DNA from: Geobacter metallireducens GS-15
GTDB lineage: Bacteria; Desulfobacterota; Desulfuromonadia; Geobacterales; Geobacteraceae
Direction of reading: 5' to 3'
DNA length: 32,000 bases
NCBI RefSeq assembly: GCF_000012925.1
Contig: NC_007517.1
Location: 3,300,001 to 3,332,000, forward strand
The notes under the pieces are model-generated. The model worked only from the letters and a program-made list of their open reading frames with translations, was not told where the DNA came from and made no database searches. Below are positions 23,591 to 32,000 of the stretch, piece after piece. Numbering within the stretch: position 1 is the stretch's first letter; the number at the start of each line of letters is the position of its first letter. Both the position numbers and the translations under genes were made by a program.

Positions 23591-25285
23591 ATGACCAAAA
23601 ACCTGCGCCTCGGCTCAAAACTGATCCGCTCCTCGCTCCTTGCGGGCTTCGTCATTGCCCTGGTGGGCATCATCTGCGCCTATAATGCCGGCGGCACCCC
23701 CGCGACCCAGGGATACGCCCGGCTAACCCTGGGCATCTCCCTCATCAATGCGCTTCTTTTTCTCTTTGTCCTCTGGATGTTCACTGCCAGAAAAATGGTC
23801 GTCCGTGTCGGCAAATTGGCCGGTGCCATGGATCGTGGCGCCGAGGGCGATCTGACAATATCTGTACGGGATGATACCGAGGACGAACTGGGACTGCTGA
23901 CTACCAACTTCAACGCCATGCTCCAGCACCTGGCCGCGACAGTCACCAAGGTGAAGTCATCGGTGACAGAACTGCGTACCATTGCTGCAACGGTACGGGA
24001 TGCGGCCGACCGGGGCGTTGCCACCGCGGAGATACAGGCCGAGGCGGTCCAGGGGACCACAGACGGCATCCATGCCATCGACCGGTCGGTCACTGACGTG
24101 GCCCTGTCCGTGGGGCAGCTTTCCCGCACCGCCATGGAGAACTCCTCTTCCATCCTCCAGATGTCGGCAAGCATCGAGGAAGTGGCCGACCACGTGGAAT
24201 CCCTGGCCAATGCCGTTGAAGAGGTGAGCTCTTCCATCATCCAGATGGCGACTGCCGAGAAGGAGATAGGCTCCAACGCCGCCACCCTCATGAACGATGC
24301 CATGCGTACGGCGTCGCTGGTTGCCGAGCTTGACACCTCCATCAAGCAGATCGAGAAGAGCGCCGTGGAGACCGCGGCAATCTCCGAGGAAGTGCTGAGG
24401 GATGCCGAGCAGGGGCGCGAGGCTGTGGAGAGCACCATCTCCGGCATCGACGAGATCCGTCGTTCCTCACGCTCCGTGGGTGAAACCATCGAAACCCTGT
24501 CACAGCGGGCGGGCCACATCGGCACGATCATTTCGGTCATCAACGACATCGCGGAGCAGACCAAGCTTCTGGCCCTCAACGCCTCCATCATCGCGGCCCA
24601 GGCAGGGGAGCACGGCAAGGGATTCGCGGTGGTTGCCAACGAGATCAAGGAACTTGCCAAGCGGACCACCAGCTCTACCGGAGAGATCGGCACCATTATC
24701 ATGGGGCTGCGGGAAGAGAGCGAGCGCGCGGTTGCGGCCAACAAGCATGCGGAACTGCGGATCACTGAAGGGGAGAAACTTTCGTACCGTTCGGGCGAGG
24801 CTCTCGACAAGATCGTCGACGGCGTCAAAATGGCTGCGGGGCAGGTGAATGACATCGCCCGCACCACCGTGGAGCAGGCCCAGAGCAGCGAGCACATGCG
24901 GAACGCCGTGGAGCGGGTGGCGGGAATGGTGGAGCAGATCGCCCGGGCCACCGAAGAGCAGACCTACGGCACAGGGCTCATCATGGATGCCGTAGCCCGT
25001 ATGAAGAGCGTCACGTCTCAGGTGCGGCAGTCCAGCCAGGAGCAGCGCAACGCGAGCACCCTCATCGTCAGGTCCAGCGAGGGGATCACCGGGATGATCG
25101 CCACGATCCGCCAGGCCTGCCAGGTCCAGACCCAGAGCACCGAAAAGATTGTCCAGGCGGTGGACAACATGGCGCGGACATCCGAGGGGAATGTGGAGAC
25201 CACCCGGGTCATGGAAAATGCCGTCAACGGCCTCACCCGCCAGATCGACGAACTGAACGAGGCAATGACCGGGTTCCGGGTTTAG
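23591..25285 (+). CDS. Methyl-accepting chemotaxis protein with minimal periplasmic loop (2 TM, HAMP, MA domain)
   Basis: 564 aa with a GAAGGAGA SD. Two TM helices separated by about 10 residues, HAMP ([13 protein letters not shown]) and the conserved hairpin tip [37 protein letters not shown]. Confidence 0.9.
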   Translation: MTKNLRLGSKLIRSSLLAGFVIALVGIICAYNAGGTPATQGYARLTLGISLINALLFLFVLWMFTARKMVVRVGKLAGAMDRGAEGDLTISVRDDTEDELGLLTTNFNAMLQHLAATVTKVKSSVTELRTIAATVRDAADRGVATAEIQAEAVQGTTDGIHAIDRSVTDVALSVGQLSRTAMENSSSILQMSASIEEVADHVESLANAVEEVSSSIIQMATAEKEIGSNAATLMNDAMRTASLVAELDTSIKQIEKSAVETAAISEEVLRDAEQGREAVESTISGIDEIRRSSRSVGETIETLSQRAGHIGTIISVINDIAEQTKLLALNASIIAAQAGEHGKGFAVVANEIKELAKRTTSSTGEIGTIIMGLREESERAVAANKHAELRITEGEKLSYRSGEALDKIVDGVKMAAGQVNDIARTTVEQAQSSEHMRNAVERVAGMVEQIARATEEQTYGTGLIMDAVARMKSVTSQVRQSSQEQRNASTLIVRSSEGITGMIATIRQACQVQTQSTEKIVQAVDNMARTSEGNVETTRVMENAVNGLTRQIDELNEAMTGFRV

Positions 25286-25294
25286 GGCTTGCTA

Positions 25295-27385
25295 TCAGTC
25301 GTCGGCCCGGTAGCCGATCCTGACCGCTCCCCAGTGTTTCCCGCCGACTGTTATGGGCGTTGACAGGTCGTTCATGACCTCCCCCGTGTCCCGCAGATAG
25401 GTCTGGAGCAGAAAGCTCTGGGTATGGGTGGCGCAACGGATGCCGGTCCGGTCGTTGAAGATCCGCTTGGTGCGGTTGTGGTCCTTGTCCACGGCGACGT
25501 CGCCGGTCAGGGGGCGGGAATAGCGCAGGTTGTGGGAGGGGCAGTACCCCTCGCGATCGACACAGATGGCATAGTACACCCCACTGTCCCGGCCCAGGAT
25601 CTCCTCCTGAACCGGCGAGACGAGTTCGTCAAAGAACCGGTCGAAGGGGGTACGGTACTTCTGGGGAGTGGTGTTCGGAATCGGCGTGTAATCGGTGCTG
25701 AAGAGGGCATCGATGGTGATCTTCCGGTCCTCCAGGGCCTTCTCTATGACCGCCGTCGCCCGGTCCCGCAGCTCCGCGGCATACCCCTTGACGGCATCAT
25801 GGTAGCACCCCACGCTGAACCGGCCCACGGTCCCGTAGATTTTCTCGGCTGTTTCCGACAACTCGCGGAAGATGCGGGCCGTCTCCTCCATCTGGCCGTT
25901 CACCGCCCCTGCCGTGGCCGACACCTGGCCGATCTTCTCCGTGATCTCGACGGTCGTGGCACTCTGCTCCTCAGTGGCCGTGGCAATCTGGCTGATCATG
26001 TCCGTTGAATCGGTCGCCAACCGCAGGATCCCCTCCAGTTGCTGGCGGGCATGCCCCGCCTTCTCGACCCCTTCCTCAACCCTCGTTTTCCCCTCGCCAA
26101 TGGATGTCACCACCGTCCCGATCTCTTCCTGGATGCTCCGGACAATGGCGGCGATCTGTCTTGTGGACGTGGCGGTGCGATTTGACAGGGTCTTCACTTC
26201 GTTGGCCACCACCGCAAAGCCCCGCCCCGCATCGCCGGCCCGGGCAGCCTCGATGGCCGCGTTGAGGGCCAGGAGATTGGTCTGGTCGGCGATATCCTCG
26301 ATAATTCCCACGATCTCGCCGATCTGCCCCGACGAAGTCTCCAGCTTCCCCATGGCTCCCAGGGTGCCGAGGACGCTGGTCCGGATCTGGTCGATGCTCA
26401 GGGAGGTCTCCTCCACGGTCTCCATCCCCACTTTTGCAGCCTGATCCACGTTAATGGAGAGCTGCGCCGCCCGCTGGGTGGTGGCTGCCACATCGTTCAG
26501 GGTAGCCGACATCTCCTCCGACGCCACGGCCACCGAGGTGGAAAGGTCCTTCTGTTCCGCCGTAGAGGCGACGAGCCCTTCGGTCCCCTTGACGGTGCGG
26601 CAGGCCGATATGGCGATGTGCCCCGCCTGGCTGTAGAGGGATGTCACAATCTCCCGCAGCTTGGCGATCAGCATGTTGACCCCCTCGGCAAGCTCTCCGA
26701 GCTCGTCGCCGGTCCGGACTGGCATCTGTGAGGTCAGATCCCCCTCGCCGTGGGCGATGACCTGGATCCTGTCGGACAGCTCACGGATGTTCCGCACGAT
26801 GGTCTGACGGAAGAAGAGGTACAAGGTACCAAGCATGATCAGGAAAAAGACAAAGCCGGTTGCAGCCAGGGCTATGGTAAGGTTCCGCGCGCTGACATAC
26901 CCATCCTGAAGCGAGGTGGTGAGAAGAATCGCACCGGTGTACCGGGCTCCCTTCTCGTGGCAGGTGGTGCAGCGCTCCTCGTTCACCAGGGGGACGGCAA
27001 AGCTCAGGACATGCTTCCCGTCATCCAGGGTATGGCGCAGTTCCCGGGCACGGCCTGCCGCAATGGCTTCCGCAACCACCGGGTCAGCAGCCGCGCCCTT
27101 GTCCCCCCACGGCTTTGCGGCGGGACCGAACACCTTGAGGTCGAGCACCTGCCCCTTCCCTTTCACCCGTGCGATATATCGGTTTATCACCGCCATGTCG
27201 CCCGACATCATGTTTTCAGCGATTTCCTGGGAGATGAGGGTTGAGAGGCCGCGGGTATTGGCAGCCTGAAGTTTCATCAGGGCGGTGTATTCAAGCCAGA
27301 TGGCGGTTACACCAAGGATGGCGAATCCCACGCAAAGGGTTGCTCCAATAATCCCCAGCACCTTGAACTCGAGCCTGTTACGCAT
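25295..27385 (-). CDS. Methyl-accepting chemotaxis protein with periplasmic haem-c sensor and an extra C-terminal domain
   Basis: Start moved to the internal ATG at 27385 (GGAGAGAGG SD; [11 protein letters not shown]..), giving 696 aa. Periplasmic CTTCH (26957..26971), HAMP ([13 protein letters not shown]) and MA tip [38 protein letters not shown] further domain of about 170 aa follows the MA domain (25298..25810). Confidence 0.9.
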   Translation of the reverse strand: MRNRLEFKVLGIIGATLCVGFAILGVTAIWLEYTALMKLQAANTRGLSTLISQEIAENMMSGDMAVINRYIARVKGKGQVLDLKVFGPAAKPWGDKGAAADPVVAEAIAAGRARELRHTLDDGKHVLSFAVPLVNEERCTTCHEKGARYTGAILLTTSLQDGYVSARNLTIALAATGFVFFLIMLGTLYLFFRQTIVRNIRELSDRIQVIAHGEGDLTSQMPVRTGDELGELAEGVNMLIAKLREIVTSLYSQAGHIAISACRTVKGTEGLVASTAEQKDLSTSVAVASEEMSATLNDVAATTQRAAQLSINVDQAAKVGMETVEETSLSIDQIRTSVLGTLGAMGKLETSSGQIGEIVGIIEDIADQTNLLALNAAIEAARAGDAGRGFAVVANEVKTLSNRTATSTRQIAAIVRSIQEEIGTVVTSIGEGKTRVEEGVEKAGHARQQLEGILRLATDSTDMISQIATATEEQSATTVEITEKIGQVSATAGAVNGQMEETARIFRELSETAEKIYGTVGRFSVGCYHDAVKGYAAELRDRATAVIEKALEDRKITIDALFSTDYTPIPNTTPQKYRTPFDRFFDELVSPVQEEILGRDSGVYYAICVDREGYCPSHNLRYSRPLTGDVAVDKDHNRTKRIFNDRTGIRCATHTQSFLLQTYLRDTGEVMNDLSTPITVGGKHWGAVRIGYRADD

Positions 27386-27521
27386 TATGACACCTCTCTC
27401 CGATAACATGACCGCTAGTATCTTATCGGTACCGAGAGGCAATCCTTTAATCGATTTCAGAAACGTGTTTGATTATTAATTAGTTTAGACAGGATTACGA
27501 AGTGTTACGGGCAGGCTCAAC

Positions 27522-27554
27522 AAAGAAAGCCCCGGCGTGACCGGGGCTTTCTTT
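27522..27554 (-). terminator. Terminator hairpin after ppdK
   Basis: AAAGAAAGCCCCGG-CGTGA-CCGGGGCTTTCTTT, a perfect 14-bp stem whose arms end in T-rich tracts on either strand, 24 nt 3' of the ppdK stop. Confidence 0.7.
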
Positions 27555-27577
27555 GCAAACGGAAGACTAACGGAGGT

Positions 27578-30244
<2,667 letters not shown>

Positions 30245-30361
30245 TGCACTCCTCCTCTGTGGTTGTGACGGTGACACCGCCGTTTACTGAAAGTCAAAAC
30301 CCTTCAGCTGCATTAAATGTGATTAAGCGTAACTCAACAGAGATTCAGCCGGACTAAAACA

Positions 30362-30394
30362 TAAAAAAAGCCGCCTAGCGTGGGCTAGGCGGCT
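30362..30394 (-). terminator. Rho-independent terminator of glyS (the stem includes the stop codon)
   Basis: AGCCGCCTAGC-GTGG-GCTAGGCGGCT, an 11-bp stem followed on the minus strand by TTTTTTT. Confidence 0.8.
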
Positions 30395-32000
30395 ATCTTG
30401 GCGAAGTCGGCGATGGCGCCGAGCATCCGGGCGATCCCGGTCAGGAGCGCCAGACGGTTGGTCCGGACCCGTTCGTCCTCGGCCATGACCATGACCTTGT
30501 CGAAGAAGGTGTCGACGGGTCCCCGCAGGGCGGCGATCTCCGTGAGGGCTTCCAGATAGGCTCCGGTTGCGATCTTTTCGCGCACCGATACGGCAACCCC
30601 CTGGACGGCATCGTTGAGGAGCCCCTCGGCGGCGTCCTGGAAGAGAGCCGTATCCACAGGGGCGTCCACCCCTTCCTTCACGATGTTGCCGACCCGCTTG
30701 AAGGCCACGGCCAGAGGCTCGAAGTCGGGGTGCGACCTGAACTCCGAAAGGGCCGCGATCCGGGCGGCGGCATCCACGAGATCGGCGCAGCCGGCGGCCA
30801 CGGCGGCATCCACCGCGTCGGAGGCATGGCGGTCGGCCATCAGGTTCACGAACCGGCCCCGGAAGAACTCCAGAACGTCGGCCTTCACGTCAACGGCCGG
30901 CCGGGTGAGCTTGGCGGCCAGAAGGCCAAGGGCCTTGTCCACCTGCTCCTCCAGGGAGAGGCGGTACCCCTTGTCGAGAATGATATTGATGATCCCCAGG
31001 GCCGAGCGGCGCAGGGCGTAGGGGTCGGCGGAACCGGTGGGGATGAGCCCCACGCCGAAGCAGCCGCAGATGGTGTCCAGCTTGTCGGCCATGGAGACGA
31101 AGGCGCCAATGTCCGACGCCGGCAGCTCGCCCCCCGCCTGGGTCGGGAGGTAGTGCTCGGCGATGGCCGCGGCCACCTCGGCGTCCTCCCCCTCGATGAG
31201 GGCGTACTCGCGCCCCATGATCCCCTGCACCTCGGGGAACTCACCCACCATGCCGGAGACGAGATCCGCCTTGCAGAGGAACGCGGCCTGGGAAACCTTC
31301 ACTTTCACCGCCGGGTTCAGGAGGTCGGCAAGTCCCTCGGCCAAGGCACGGAACCGCTCCATCTTTTCAAAGGAGGTGCCGAGCTTTTGCTGGTAGACCA
31401 CGTTCTTCAGGGACTCCACCCGGGTCTCCAGCTTGACCTTCTGGTCCTCCTCGAAGAAGAAACGGGCATCGGAGAGCCGGGCCCTGAGCACCCGCTCGTT
31501 CCCCTTGACCACCACGGTGGGATCCTCGGTGAGGGTGTTGTTGATGGTGATGAAACCGGGCATGAGCTTACCGGCGTCGTCGACAATGGAGAAGTAACGC
31601 TGGTGGCTCCGCATGGAGGTGATGAGAACCTCCCGGGGAACCTTCAGGAACTCGGCGGAAAAGGTGCCGTGAACCGCGCTCGGGTACTCGCAGAGGAAGG
31701 AGACCTCCTCCAGAAGCCCCTCGTCGGGGAGAAGATGCCCGCCGGCGGCCTTGGCAACCCGGTGGATCTCCCGCCGGATGATCTCCTGTCTCCGTTCCGG
31801 GTCGGGAATGACGAAGTGGCGCTCGCACTCCTCCAGATAGTGGGCAAAGTCCCGCACCGGGAAGGGCTGGTTGGCCATGAAGCGGTGCCCCCGGGAAATG
31901 GTGCCGCTTTCGATGTTCCCGAAGGTGAAGGGAACCACGACGCCGTCAAAGAGGGCCACGATCCAGTGGATGGGGCGGGCGAAGCGGACGTCGAGAGCAC
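30385..32000 (-). CDS. glyS: Glycine--tRNA ligase beta subunit, 3' portion (the reading frame stays open to the window end)
   Basis: The frame continues upstream of the track start (..ALDVRFARPIHWIVALFDG..), which is typical GlyS sequence. The C-terminal anticodon-binding region is present. Confidence 0.9.
   Translation of the reverse strand, partial: ALDVRFARPIHWIVALFDGVVVPFTFGNIESGTISRGHRFMANQPFPVRDFAHYLEECERHFVIPDPERRQEIIRREIHRVAKAAGGHLLPDEGLLEEVSFLCEYPSAVHGTFSAEFLKVPREVLITSMRSHQRYFSIVDDAGKLMPGFITINNTLTEDPTVVVKGNERVLRARLSDARFFFEEDQKVKLETRVESLKNVVYQQKLGTSFEKMERFRALAEGLADLLNPAVKVKVSQAAFLCKADLVSGMVGEFPEVQGIMGREYALIEGEDAEVAAAIAEHYLPTQAGGELPASDIGAFVSMADKLDTICGCFGVGLIPTGSADPYALRRSALGIINIILDKGYRLSLEEQVDKALGLLAAKLTRPAVDVKADVLEFFRGRFVNLMADRHASDAVDAAVAAGCADLVDAAARIAALSEFRSHPDFEPLAVAFKRVGNIVKEGVDAPVDTALFQDAAEGLLNDAVQGVAVSVREKIATGAYLEALTEIAALRGPVDTFFDKVMVMAEDERVRTNRLALLTGIARMLGAIADFAKIAA

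Noticed and set aside
23098-23685. 195-aa plus-strand ORF spanning the intergenic region before the chemoreceptor
   Set aside because: It runs through the mini-ORF in another frame, across a strong terminator hairpin and into the MCP start. It is Arg-rich with no SD. The region is better explained by the mini-gene, its terminator and the MCP promoter.
31644-32000. 118-aa minus-strand ORF at the window end
   Set aside because: It is an alternative frame within glyS. The glyS frame carries recognisable conserved sequence and stays open to the window edge.

Overview
GC-rich chromosomal segment that looks like a Geobacter-type (Desulfuromonadales) genome. It has multihaem c-type cytochromes, sigma-54 regulation and haem-containing sensors. 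I saw no rRNA, tRNA, CRISPR, transposase or integrase. From 3' to 5' the window holds housekeeping genes (glyS partial, ppdK), two convergent chemoreceptors, a FAH-family hydrolase, and a TPP-riboswitch-controlled thiS-thiG-thiE-radical-SAM operon. Next comes a respiratory and regulatory island: a haem-sensor HAMP protein, a dodecahaem c7-repeat cytochrome, a dihaem cytochrome b plus heptahaem cytochrome c, an NtrC-type sigma-54 activator and a haem-sensor histidine kinase. The remainder is an envelope cluster (alpha/beta hydrolase, DUF3015-like, DUF4105-like, glutaredoxin-like lipoprotein), a giant GH13-family protein, MtfA and a secreted hypothetical. From memory, not verifiable here, this order matches the G. 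sulfurreducens GSU0579-GSU0599 region that carries the low-potential quinol oxidoreductase CbcBA and its activator BccR. The least explained parts are: (1) a thrice-repeated family of about 75-aa signal-peptide/one-helix proteins, paired twice with an Asp-less pseudo-receiver, each module behind a sigma-54 promoter with shared upstream TATAC-type sites; (2) one haem-sensor domain reused with three outputs (kinase, none, chemoreceptor); (3) a well-signalled 46-codon zinc-ribbon ORF split by an in-frame TGA that is followed by a SECIS-like hairpin; (4) an EF-hand-pattern loop inside the heptahaem cytochrome.
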